NCBI GenBank assembly: GCA_030141605.1
Contig: JAQGDQ010000019.1
Coordinates: 1,116,001 to 1,180,000, forward strand
Direction: 5' to 3'
Source: Tubiluchus corallicola
Taxonomy: Eukaryota > Animalia > Priapulida
DNA length: 64,000 nt
A model generated the notes under the pieces. It was not told the origin of the DNA and ran no database searches. It was given only the letters and a program-made list of their open reading frames with translations. The position numbers and the translations under genes were made by a program. Below, one piece after another: positions 52,351-64,000 of the stretch; within the stretch, counting starts at the first letter, position 1; each line of letters opens with the position of its first letter.

Positions 52351-54743
52351 AGAGGTTGTACTATTTCGTGAATAAGCTATTTATCTAAGATATTAACGCC
52401 GTCTCTGACGTCGTAATTTTAGCAAATTAGCTTAATTAGGCCTATACTAAGAATTCTCTTCTATACTAAACCGCGTTTTTCAAACAAGTATAGTTTATTT
52501 TGTGATTTGAAGCGTACTTCAAAATGTTTTTATGACTAGTGATGATTTATGCTGCAGTATGGCGAAAAGAAAGCTCCTCTAGAGAACTTTATACACGAAT
52601 AAGACATTGGCATAACGTGGCTGTAACTCTTATACTATTTATTAATTTGCAGATTGAAGTTTACCCTGAAAATCCATCTTTTTCTATATATACATCCTTT
52701 ACACTGGGTCCCATTACTCTCCTAGGTTACTCTGATTTTCAGATAGCTTTGGTAATTTGTGTGATGCTTTGTTCTGGTTAAACTGTCCCGGCGGCTGTTG
52801 ACATAAATTATTAAAGAGCTGTTTCATCCGCATAAATTAAGTCTTCGTTTTGCATGCATAACGAATAAGAAATAATCTGTTGTTCAACTGTATAGGGAAG
52901 CTATAATATACGATATATATCATATTAAGGACAGTGGAACAGCTGGATAGTAACGGGCATGAGCTTAGCGACCGAACTAAGTAACGTTGAGCCTGGTTGG
53001 TAATTTGACAGATGGCCATGAGAAAAATCGCTTCTGGACGGTTACATCTTCCTTATATATATATATATTATGGAATATGCCACCAGCTATTTAACACATT
53101 GGGGAAGAATGTGTAACGTCGGTTCAGTATCTTTGGAAGACTATTTTTGATAATTAGACTGGTTCCAGTTCCAGCACAACTGTCAGCATGGTAAACGTAA
53201 TTAATAAGCCTTGTCGCTGAGTAATGTTAATAAATGAGTAAGTTTGTTAAAACTGCAGAGCGCAGTTAAAAACTGTATTACTGTTTATACAAATGATAAA
53301 AACTAGTTTAAAATAAAGTTAATTTACCGAGCAATGTTTATTTTCCACGCAGTTTACACATCACATATGTATGAAAAAACATCACATATCAAGAGCAAAC
53401 ACAAGTTATGCAAACAACCATTAAAAATCTAACTAAATTTTCCAAATTGTTTCACTTTGCTATTCAATAATCTAATTAAATAAGGTAAAGGCGAAAGTTT
53501 TTGATAAACTGTAGAATCCAAACGAGTTTTCCGAGGTTACCAATAAGGCCAAACTGGTATACATTATAGTTGTTTAATTTCGTAAACATTATCTGCTTTT
53601 TTTTATCATTGCACTCGTATTTACAGTTTACTTTATACACGAAATTATCGTCTTGAATCAATAACAGTGCAAAAAAAAAACACATGTGGCCGGCGTGACG
53701 AACGCCATCTTTACATGTGTATTGGGCTTACAGTGCGCCGAAGTGAAGAAAATATGATCCAGTGGTAGTGTCACTTGCTTGTACACATACGTGTATTTAA
53801 ACTATTATTTGTCGTTTCATTAACTATTCGAAAATACAGTATGTGCATGTCACGTATCGTGACTGCACTCGTAGTGCTCCCTCCCTGGACAACAAAAAAC
53901 ACTCGCTAATTTTTGTGAAAGAGTTGTTGATCAATAATCAATAAAAGCTGTGTTTTGTTTTTCGGGAACAAAGAGGCCAATTTTCAATTGCGAAATAGGC
54001 ATTTACTGAATGTGTTGAACCTGCAACACAGAGCACGGATTACATTAAACTTGACTAGATATGTTTTATAAATTTCTACAGTTGTTTTTTTAAGTTTGGT
54101 TCGCATAGAACTTGAAGTTTCAAAGGAAAGAAACATGAGGTGAGAAAGAAAAAGAAAAAGGAAAAGGATAATAAGAATAGAAAGACGAGGAGAGAAAGAG
54201 AAAGAAAAAAGAAGCCGGGTAGCCAAATGGGGGAGACGAGATTATGGAAAAGATATGCATTATTTGCATACTTGGTTCCTCTTATATTTTTGTTGGTTGC
54301 TACAAGATCTAAACGTCAACAGGGGAAAGATTGCCCAACACCTGCTGTTCTGTTTAACTTTTGTCTAGGTTGCATTCAACAACTTTAGTGAATGTTCTGC
54401 GAAATTTACCTGTTTTTCTCATCATACCTGGCTCACACCTGCTGATTTGTTTGCTCTCTTGGCACGTGTGCTTTGTTTTGCTGTGTTAATGGCAAACACA
54501 CGCGCTTTACGTCGAAAAAATTTTAGTTTATTTTTACTCAAGTTTGTTTACTGGCGTCGGCTGTTGGATTTGTGGCATGAATGCAAATTTAAATGCTTCT
54601 TTTTGGCGTAAAAATGTAAAATTACAGTCCATCACAAAAGAATATTACTTTGCCTGATGTAATGCAGCGTGACATATGCCGAGTTCTTTACTACGTCTGA
54701 ATTGTAACTATCCCGCTAAATTTTGTTTATTTGTTTATTTCAG

Positions 54744-54839
54744 ACCGAACTTTCACAGACGTTACAAGCATTATCAGAAAAACTCAAAGCTGGCACAGAA
54801 TTCTTGACCCGGTTGAAATCACTACCCGAGAAAGTTCAG
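54744..54839 (+). CDS. TRIM9: TRIM9 coding exon 2 (coiled coil, 96 nt)
   Basis: tttatttcag|ACC...CAG|gtgagt. TELSQTLQALSEKLKAGTEFLTRLKSLPEKVQ resembles the TRIM9 coiled-coil start. Phase 0-0. Confidence 0.92.
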
Positions 54840-55354
54840 GTGAGTTACAGTTAATTCATATAAATCATTTAAGGCGTATCGTTTGACTCTTATTGCAGTT
54901 CGTATCTTCTAGTTATAGCGTGTTGTAGTAAATTATTTTATGGATTGTGGCCTGTTGTGTTGGTTTACATGTGTTTTTACATCTAAGTTCTAGCAACATG
55001 ATACGTTGAATATGGCAGTACATTTACAAAAAGTATAGTTAGTTTAATAATAACCACATCTTAAGACTTTAGTCATATTCTGTAAATTGGCCACATTGTA
55101 ATGCTACCAAGTACCATTAGCTTATGTCACTTTTAATTGTAATTTTAAAAATATTCATTTTCTTTTGATTGTAGCAGTTCATTAGGCATTTAGCAGTTCA
55201 TTTTTTGTTAAAGCAGTTATCATAATGGTCATTTGCCAATAATCCTTTGTTCAATTAATTGGCTTATTAGACCACAAAAATAGGATATAAACAAAAAGGG
55301 TCTTAGAGGAGAGTGGTTGCACAAATGTAGAATACTCTTCCTTCTCTGTATGGA

Positions 55355-55390
55355 AAGTCTGTTCAGGATTTGGGTATCATAGTCAATGAT
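55355..55390 (+). mobile_element. Possible tiny CR1/L2 RT fragment
   Basis: KSVQDLGIIVND resembles the LINE RT motif ..VKDLGV.ID. Very short. Confidence 0.3.
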
Positions 55391-55807
55391 ATGTGTAAGC
55401 TGCTTTTAAATTGCTATTTTACTACCCTTTTTTACGAACAGCCTTGCCTTTCATAAGACCTTCCCTTTTTTGTCTGCTCGCCCGAGTTTTACTTTGCCGT
55501 GGCTTCTAGTCAATTACTGGGTTTTTATGACCCGGTAATGGTTATGAATGGCACCTAAATGAGTCACCGCGAAACAATAGCTTCTCGTAATGGTCTCTTC
55601 ACAATAGACAGCTAGTCATGATTAGTATTTTGCGTGTTAGAGGGAATAAATTCAGCTTAGTTAACCATCGCCAGCAGTAACGTCTTTTCTGCGACACTTG
55701 CAGGGCCCCAAAGAAACGAACACGCAGACGGTTTCGAGATGCTGAACTTGAATACTGGCTTCTTTGCCGTTACAGTGGCTGCCTCAATATAAAACTGGAT
55801 GACTAAA

Positions 55808-56085
55808 ATGAATGAGTAAATAAATAAGTGATTGAGTCAGTCAGTCGGCCAGTCAGTGGGTGCTAGGCTGATTAGTCAGTCAACCACTCGTCAGTGTCTG
55901 CAGGCTATCTGTTCAGCCACACTGTAAGTCAATATGTTAGTCAGTAGTCAGTTAGTTGGGTGAACCGGTCAAACAGCAAATGAAGGAAAAAGTGAACAAG
56001 ATAACGAATGATTAATAAATCAATAAACAAATGTTTCGGTGGAGTGTAGAAGTGAATGGATGAATGAATGAACGAACGAACGAAA
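55808..56085 (+). repeat. Degenerate tetranucleotide repeats (AGTC/ATGA/AACG)
   Basis: gagtcagtcagtc..., gaatggatgaatgaatgaacgaacgaacg. A similar T-rich degenerate tract lies at 48645-48815. Confidence 0.7.
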
Positions 56086-58023
56086 AGCAGCTATATAGTC
56101 TTGCTGTTCAAATTGTTTTGATAACTTGAGAAATGAACTTTGAGTTGATATGTCCAAATACGAAAATGTTGTCATTTGTTCAAATTTGCAAATAATGTTT
56201 TCATGCTTAAAAGCCCGTTCAATTCCTGTGCATGCATTTTGTACATTAGACGATATAATGACAATATTGAATCAGCAGCATCGCCAGGCATTTTGCGTGA
56301 TGAATCGATTCCAGAATCATCAAAATAATTTATCCAAATATCCGTCATATTTATTCAAATGATAAAAATACGTTAGAAAAGAAGCCTGACGATCAAATGA
56401 GGCAATTTAGTTAATGTGCACGAATGCTTTTAATATATGGAAGAAATGCTCGTGGCGTCTGTTTAAATACGTGGAATGGAAACGTTACACATTTCGTTGA
56501 CTAGGCTTCACAAAAATTACTAATTAAGTCATGCAGCGTAATACGTACGACTATTTGGCCTTGCGGTGTTCGTTCAAACTATTGTACCAACTATTTGCAA
56601 TAAGTGACCTGAGGTTAGAGATATTAGTCATATTAATATGTAAATAAAATTTGTAGAATCTTTCCTTATTTGTTTTCCTTTTTAAAACTGTAAGAGTACT
56701 TAGGCGATCATAGTGCAAAATGCGCGGACTGGAAGAATTTGAGTCATTCATTTTTTTGCTCTGCAGCATTCATTTGTTTGTTTGTTTGTTCGTTTTTTCT
56801 TCGTTTCCTTTTGTCTTTAATTCAATTAAATTTGCAATCCTTTTCGAATTCGATAGTTTGCTCATTAGTACAAGATTTGGGTAGAAGTTTTTGCTTTACC
56901 ATAACATCCTAAGGTAGGGTGTGATTTCGTATAAAGTCTAATTTGTTGTCTGTCGCTTAATTGGTTTGCTGTGTCACAAAACAAATGCGGATGCTGAATA
57001 TTGCATTGCTGAAAGAACTCTGCTTGTACGTCACACGTGTGCTCCTAATTTCTTCTTCATTATTAGGTTAACTACTCCGCAACTAACAAAACTGTTTATC
57101 ACAAATTTGTCAAGCTTGGTCTGTGAGAACAGAAGGTATTTTACAACCATTACAAATTATTTTCATGAATATATGGCTTCGCTCTCCAATACCTACTTAT
57201 AATATAGACACGAGTGCGTGTCTGGGTGGGTGTGACGAGAACACTACCTGCGTAACTCATATAAGAAATCTGAATGGAATTACCTCCCAGTTACGCCCAG
57301 GTATCCAGTGAATATAATTATTACATTTATTGGCAGGTAATTGCTTTACAGCCCCCACGCGCAAAATGTCACATTATCGTTCAGTCCTCCATTCAGTTAA
57401 CACCTGACAGATTATGAAATATTCAGCCAGGTGGGTTAATTCATTAATCATGTTTTCCTAGCTACATCGTTTATGATGCATTACTTAGTTGCATCTGAGG
57501 CAAAAATGTTTATAGAAGTGCCTGCAACGTTTCTTTCAGTTGCCTACATAAAGTACTTGAAGTAAGAACAAAATATTTATTTAAACAGCCGGATGCCTAT
57601 TGATAATTCATATGTATCTAAGAGTGCGAGAAATTTCTTGGAAAAATCTAAAGTACAATATCTAGTGAGCTGCGGAGTACACCAAGTATTTTAAGTGCGG
57701 CAACGGTACCCTCCGTGGGATGTGATACATTGTGATAGTTCCTAATAGAAACAAATCTCGAAGAAGCTAGAAAGTCTGTGGTCCTTGAAATTTTTCATAT
57801 ATTGAAATAGGAAACTTCCTCTGTACACGAAAGATATTTGGATTTCCGGAGCATTAGTTTACTATGTATTCACTAGTAAAATACAAAAGATATGTATTGC
57901 CTTTTATGCCCATTTTTTTTTCAAAATCATGATTTGTGCGAAAGGCCATGCCACAACTAATTTATTTAAAATTCGTAATAGTTTGAAACATTTGCATTTG
58001 TAAGCAGGATAATTATACTTTAG

Positions 58024-58161
58024 GAAAACTGTAAAACCTTTGAGAAAGGAATCATCTCAGATTGTGATCTGATCATTGCTGCTGTAGAACGGCGAAAAGA
58101 GGAACTTATTAAACACGTGCGGGAGGAGCGGGACTTCAAAATTCGCACACTAAAAGAGCAG
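58024..58161 (+). CDS. TRIM9: TRIM9 coding exon 3 (coiled coil, 138 nt)
   Basis: ctttag|GAA...CAG|gtatag. ENCKTFEKGIISDCDLIIAAVERRKEELIKHVREERDFKIRTLKEQ. Phase 0-0. Confidence 0.9.
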
Positions 58162-58525
58162 GTATAGTACTTGTTGTTAAATATTTAAATATTGAATGTA
58201 ATAGTAAAAATTTGTACAGCATTGTTCTCAGAAATTCTTTCACGCTGACCTGTTCATATAGTTGAATAACTAAGTCAAGTTTTTCTTATTTAACTACAAT
58301 TGGTTAGTCATTCTTCTTGTTTCAGTAAGTCGATTAAACAATTTTGCATTTGCTTCGATTGAATCAGGGTTCCTATAATCTTGATTGTAGAAGTCACCTG
58401 TATTTGGTAAACTTATGTAGGAAGTTCAACCAATGTCAGGTTGTAATAGAGAAACCTGAAAAGTGTTAATGAACTGCAAGTTAGCCCTTAATGGATATAT
58501 AACTGTTTTGTGTGATTTCTCACAG

Positions 58526-58621
58526 GTCACAGAATGTTCACATCGAATAGCACACACCACTGGCTTGTTACAGTTCTGCATAGAAGCACTAAAAGAACCA
58601 GATTCCGGAGCATTTTTACAA
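58526..58621 (+). CDS. TRIM9: TRIM9 coding exon 4 (coiled coil, 96 nt)
   Basis: tttctcacag|GTC...CAA|gtaaaa. VTECSHRIAHTTGLLQFCIEALKEPDSGAFLQ carries the TTGLxxxCxExLKExDxxxFLQ motif of TRIM9. Confidence 0.92.
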
Positions 58622-59611
58622 GTAAAATGATTGGTTTTTTTTCGTTATTGAGCATTGGACATTGAATTTAATGCTACATGTTAACTTCGTTGATATTGTG
58701 AAGGCAAGGTATTAATGAAAACACAGGCTAAAGAAGCCAGACTCACAGGACTGCAGTTTGGTCTCAGAAGTGATAATCGCTAATTATAACTTTTGACTAT
58801 TTGGGCCCTCTGAGACAATATGGGGGCGTTTTAGCACATTCTCTTGATTGTCGGATTGACTATTTACTGGATGTGTTTTGACAGGAAAAGTTTCATGTAA
58901 GGTTAATAATACTCTTTTCTCTGTCAGTATCCAACCTAACAGTACCGAGGACAGAAACGGAATAGTATATCTTGCTTACTGACCAGGATTACCTAATTAA
59001 GAAAAGAGTACAGCAATTTTTCCATCAGCATGGGGATAGTACATTTGTTAAAATAGCCAAGAAAGAACTTTTTTATCAGAATTTTTAGTATGTATGGCAG
59101 TTTTCATCAATTAATGATTACTAAACGTAAATAATACACCTTTTCTTTACCATAGAAAATGCCAGGTTAACTTTTTACTGCATGTATACTGAATTTGAAT
59201 ATTTTTAGCTCTTAATTCATTATTCCTACAAGACGTGGTACCATGCCATGAGCTTGTTCTGCTGTCCCTGTTCAGATTGACGTCCCTAATTAGAATGTTG
59301 CATTTAAACATATGCTATCTTCCTGACAGTCCCAAGAAGTTCCAAAATCGCTATTACCGTGTCGTGTATTTGGTGCTATATATAGGCCCTGGTGCTGGCC
59401 GAGTTGCATATAAATTTTAGTTCTTTGACAAGCTTGTTTCAAATGAAAACTGCATTTGAAAAATTTAGCATAAATTTTTTTGAGCATTGAATGGCATTGA
59501 ACCGTGTAAACAGAATATAAAAATAAAGTTATATACATAATTTTTACATACTGGCACTTCCTATGAACAGTTTTGAACGTTATAACGTTATCATTGTTAT
59601 CAATTTTTCAG

Positions 59612-59768
59612 ATTGGCAATGGCCTTATTAATCGGGTTGCTAATGTGGACTTGACGTGGCACAAAGATGTTCCGTCAACACCAAGGGTCCCAGCTGAATT
59701 TGATCTCACCCTCGATCTCAAATCAGTCATCAATCTCATTGACTCACTGGATTTTCTTCAAATGAAAC
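59612..59768 (+). CDS. TRIM9: TRIM9 coding exon 5 (COS box, 157 nt)
   Basis: tttttcag|ATT...AAAC|gtgagt. IGNGLINRVANVDLTW...PRVPAEFDLTLDLKSVINLIDSLDFLQMK is a COS box. Ends in phase 1. Confidence 0.92.
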
Positions 59769-61708
59769 GTGAGTACAGTTTTTATATGTGGTTACTTTTT
59801 TCACTCCAGGTTTTGTCTCACTTCTCTCTTTATTTGGCCGTCTGCTTTTATAAAATTAGGTAACCAAAAAAAGAATCGTCCACACTACCTAATTTATACC
59901 TTTTTCTAGAGTCCAGTGGCATCGCTACCCAAAGGGGCGGGCCATTTTCCATACCTTGGAAATTGTGAAAGTGTACATTTCAGACGGTTTTGGCTGCAGT
60001 CAGTACTCAGTGCATGACTGTACTTGATGTAGTTGGCAAGTTGACAGGACAGTAACCTATCTCATTATATGACTTGATATGACACTAACTACTTTTATGT
60101 CCTCCCTCAAAGAACTAAAGAGCTAGGGCAGTTTGCATAGGACTCACTTGCCAGTTTACTGATTAGATCCAACATCGCTTAACTTGGCAGCCAAGCAGGC
60201 CCATGAATTTTGGAACATATCTAAATCAGTGGCTTCAGGGCCATGAAAATACAAAAAGGCAGAAAAATGAATGTGCAAGTAGCTATCAGCACTCTCACAG
60301 ACCCAGAGATTACATGGTTCAATGCTACCTATCTGTCATTAATATTTTCTATGGAGGTCTATGTATACGAATGTAGGAATATTTTAGAAATAGCTGTTTG
60401 GCTTCACTGTTGCTTTAGATCTTAGATATGTACTGGATAACAGGTGAGAGAAGTATTAATACATTTTTGGCATGTACCAGGTTGCATAATAATTAGAAAA
60501 GTTGTAGTATTAACTACAAAGACAATGATGTTCTTATCAGCTAGATAACTGGGGTTAATTTTGTTGACGAGTGAAATAAAAGTTCCCTATAAACTCTTGC
60601 AAAGCGCTTACTATGAACTGGACTGAAAGGCCCTTTCTGTTAGGGCTAGCTACTTGCTTTTCTTTCTCATTGCTTGGCTGTAATTATTCTAAAGATGTTA
60701 CATTTGTACATTTTTCTTGAATCTGCTACGTGTATTTAATGCTATTTATACAAAAATTATGCACTGTAATAACTACAGTAGTTCTTGTATTTTGAAAGCT
60801 CCATGAATGCAGTTTGATCTTAATTTTTTGTTGCATTAAGTGGTTTGAGATAATTAAATATGCACCACCCTTCACGTGATTGGATTTTCCAAGAGCTCTT
60901 TGTTTGTCGTCATTATAGCTCATGCAGTAGCTCGGTTCTCAAGCGCCATGTTTAATTATTTATGCTCATTTATTGATGAAGTAAGATTGAGCCAACCAGA
61001 TGCTAATTTGCTGTATGGCCGTTTTCATGAAACCTAAAGAAATTAAGGAATGAAAGGCAGATTAAATTGTTGAGCCACCTCTTTCTGAAAGTTTCTTGAA
61101 CGAAAATAAAAAATTCAAAATTTAGAAATGCCTGTTTGACGACATGAACGTTGAAAGTGATATTACTTTTCCTTGTATCAGTAGCTGTGGATTTAATCGT
61201 CTAATTGAGATTGATTTCTATGATCATTTCAATTTAAAAAAGGTGAACGAACTGTCATTTTTATTTAAAAATTTCTCTTTATTAAAAATATTTTCTTTAG
61301 ATTATTTTGAATAAAAATGAAAGAGAAGTGTTAGTCACCCCGTTTCCTGGTGTTACGTCTAAAATTGAGACATGAATTCATTGGTTTCAATGCCAATTTA
61401 AGGTTCATTCAGGTTAACTGAGTAGCAGTGAAATGTGCTTCGACAGAATCGGCACTTTTTATGTTGGAAGTATTTCTGTAATCATGGAAACAACGATGGT
61501 TCTCTTAGAAATTTAGAACCCTAATTTTCCCAGTTAAATGCTGATAAATTAAAGGCTGTTTATCAATTTTTAAATGTTTTCTATTCAGAGTGTTTCTTAG
61601 TCACGAGTGCAGCTAATGGTAGCTGCTTATAATGTTTACACCTTCTATTTTCTCCTGTTGCAGAAAATTCCACACCTAAGTGTTGACAATGCCTGTACGT
61701 CATCTGCT

Positions 61709-63016
61709 AAAATAACAGAAGCGACGGTGTACAACTGCGCACCGAAGTATTGCACATACAAATAAGCGCTGCGAAAAAAACAGAGGATTTTAACCCCGCA
61801 GGCGCAGGCAAAGCGTTTAAATTATAGACGCTTCTTAACACGGTTTCGCAATTAGGCAAATTTGGGTTTATGCACAATTTTCAATATGTGACACTGAAGC
61901 GACACTGAGCAGTGCAAAACCGGGTTATGTACGCATGCTATTTTCGTTTTGACCGGGAAACTTTAGATCCGGGCGGAATTAAAACGACTGAAACAAGATC
62001 GGACCGCTTGCCGGTGCACTATGCAAAAACATCGACCGATCATCCGGCAAGGATGCAGGGAAAATGTGCCAGCTAGTATTCAATATCCTTGTTGATTATT
62101 TGCTGCTGTTGTTGCTGTTACTATTGCTTACTTGCTAAATTGACTAAGAAAGAAGGCGCCTCTGAAATAAATAGCCACTTCATTTCGCATAGATGGCGCT
62201 TGTACCATTACCAAGAGCGAGCCAGAGGCACGTTCAAGCGCGTAAACGTTTGTATGATACATGAAATAGTTTGCTGTGCTCTGTTCACACCAGCATACGA
62301 CCTGACCTTGCACTCATTTATAAGTGTGTGCATTTTTGTTATTTGGCCTCTCTAAAGGAATAACTTTTTATTCTTTGTGCCATTTCATTGTACTTTGAAA
62401 TTTCAGTTTACGTTTAATCTAAAAACGAGTTTTAATGACTTGAAAAATGAAATGAGTTTTATAGAATGAACTCAAGTACTTTATATACAGAAAGAAAGCT
62501 TGAAAATTTCTACAATATGTAATGGAACTTATGCAATCACCAGGAATGCTGCAAACAGACGGTTATCAAGATTTTAATGATTTTGCAAATGAAGTACGTT
62601 ATTAAAATGTGCAATTTGGTATGTTTTATCCAGCTGTCACGTTTCATAATGCTATACCGTTTAGCCTACAAGCCCGAAGTTTTTAATGCATTTATTCTGT
62701 GCAAAATGAGCCAAATTCAGGTGTTTGGAAACTACAAATTTTCAGAACATGAATAGTAACACAAGTGTCTTAACATTCATTGTTCTGATAAATAAATCAA
62801 AGTCATACATGCATATAATGCTTTCTCTCATTTAGTTAATAGATGGCGCCTGTTGAATGAAAATGTTTACAACAAATTATTTTCAACACCCACGTCTATT
62901 GAACGCCGCTAACTAACCCCCACCTTGCGGGTTAAAATCCTCTGCTTTTTTTTCGCAGTGTTTATCTCATCTACAATACTTCAGAGCGCAGTTGAAACGC
63001 GTTACCTAATATTATA
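61709..63016. mobile_element. ~1.3-kb non-autonomous DNA transposon with ~90-bp diverged inverted repeats
   Basis: Left caactgcgcaccgaagtattg...ctgcgaaaaaaacagaggattttaaccccgca (61732-61800) versus right tgcgggttaaaatcctctgcttttttttcgcag...caatacttcagagcgcagttg (62926-62994). Confidence 0.75.
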
Positions 63017-64000
63017 CCGCTGTATAGTATTCTTGTTCAATATTTATACAGAATTTGAAAAAACCAATGTTCTTTACAAAAAATGATAAATTATTTTTAG
63101 GCTTTCAGTCATCGTGTCTGTACACGGCGGAAGTCGTAAATGTTACCAACGTTTTTTATTTGCTGCTTAACATCTGCATCTACTTTATAATAGCAGCCCA
63201 TGCTGCCGTACCACCCAAAGGCAAAAAACCAGAGAAAACTTTTCATGGTTGAAGAAGCAAGCAAGTGGGAATGCTTATGGGAAGCAAACATTGCTTTCTT
63301 GTTTCATGATTTTACAAAGTTTTGAATGCAGATTTATTATCTCTGTCGCAACATTTACACCATAAGTGTTCATTTTTGGAGGTTTCTGATGCTATTTGAT
63401 GAAAGCTATAGAATCATGTGGAACACTCAGAAATTTTTCTGCTTCGCAAACAAAGTTTCATCAAAGCCGTTACTGTTGAAGTTGTTTTGTCAATCCAGGA
63501 CTAACTGGATTAAGCCCCGTTTGTGTTTCCATTCCAAGTCAGCATGTTATATCGGATTAAATTCTAAAAATTGAAAGCCTTTTCAATAGAAGCCTCTTAG
63601 AGGACATAAAATCGTCACACATTTCACTGACCTGTAAGCTCAACGACCTAAATGGACTTTTTCTAAATAGAATTTCAAACGGCTGCCAGTTTTGTTTAGT
63701 TGCCCACTCTATGTCAAAAATCCTGAGCCAAAGACAAAGTTAAAACTAATATCGCATTATCATTATCATCATTACCACTGTTATCCAAAAACAATATTAG
63801 CAACAACAACAGCAGCACTTACAGGCAGAATCAGTAGCAAGTTATGGCAACTAACGTGTAAATGCAACGCATACCACTTTCACTTATGCGTTCTGTAATG
63901 TTAATTTACTGGACATCCTAACAGCAATGCAAATACTTGATAAAGTTTCACTACTTTCTTAAAGACTGAGTTTTCTAAATGCATTGGCGTTAGATCGCTC

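Noticed and set aside
59769-59863. Hydrophobic C-terminal tail from exon 5 read-through
   Set aside because: A good donor (C|GTGAGT) sits at the expected end of the COS exon, and the tail is T-rich intron sequence.

Overview
AT-rich eukaryotic (animal, probably invertebrate) genomic DNA with spliceosomal GT-AG introns. It holds the 5' parts of two head-to-head genes. On the minus strand is L-2-hydroxyglutarate dehydrogenase (L2HGDH), with four coding exons at 3484-3418, 1280-1232, 1174-1026 and 241-90, continuing off the left edge. On the plus strand is a TRIM9/TRIM67-type RING-BBox-coiled-coil-COS ubiquitin ligase, with five coding exons at 3658-4437, 54744-54839, 58024-58161, 58526-58621 and 59612-59768; its FN3/SPRY exons are not seen and presumably lie beyond the right edge. 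The two start codons are only 173 bp apart, and TRIM9 intron 1 is 50.3 kb. The rest is intron containing decayed transposons (a CR1/L2 LINE fragment with a 5' inversion, a Harbinger transposase remnant, several MITE- or Helentron-like elements), a tRNA-like element, tandem repeats and microsatellites. Nearly all short ORFs in the supplied track are noise. I see no convincing novel multi-gene system. The best leads are the very compact bidirectional promoter, the twin-priming-type LINE inversion, a 38-bp TIR-only mini-transposon with an 8-bp TSD, and candidate in-frame microexons and recursive splice sites in TRIM9. The splicing leads need RNA-seq.
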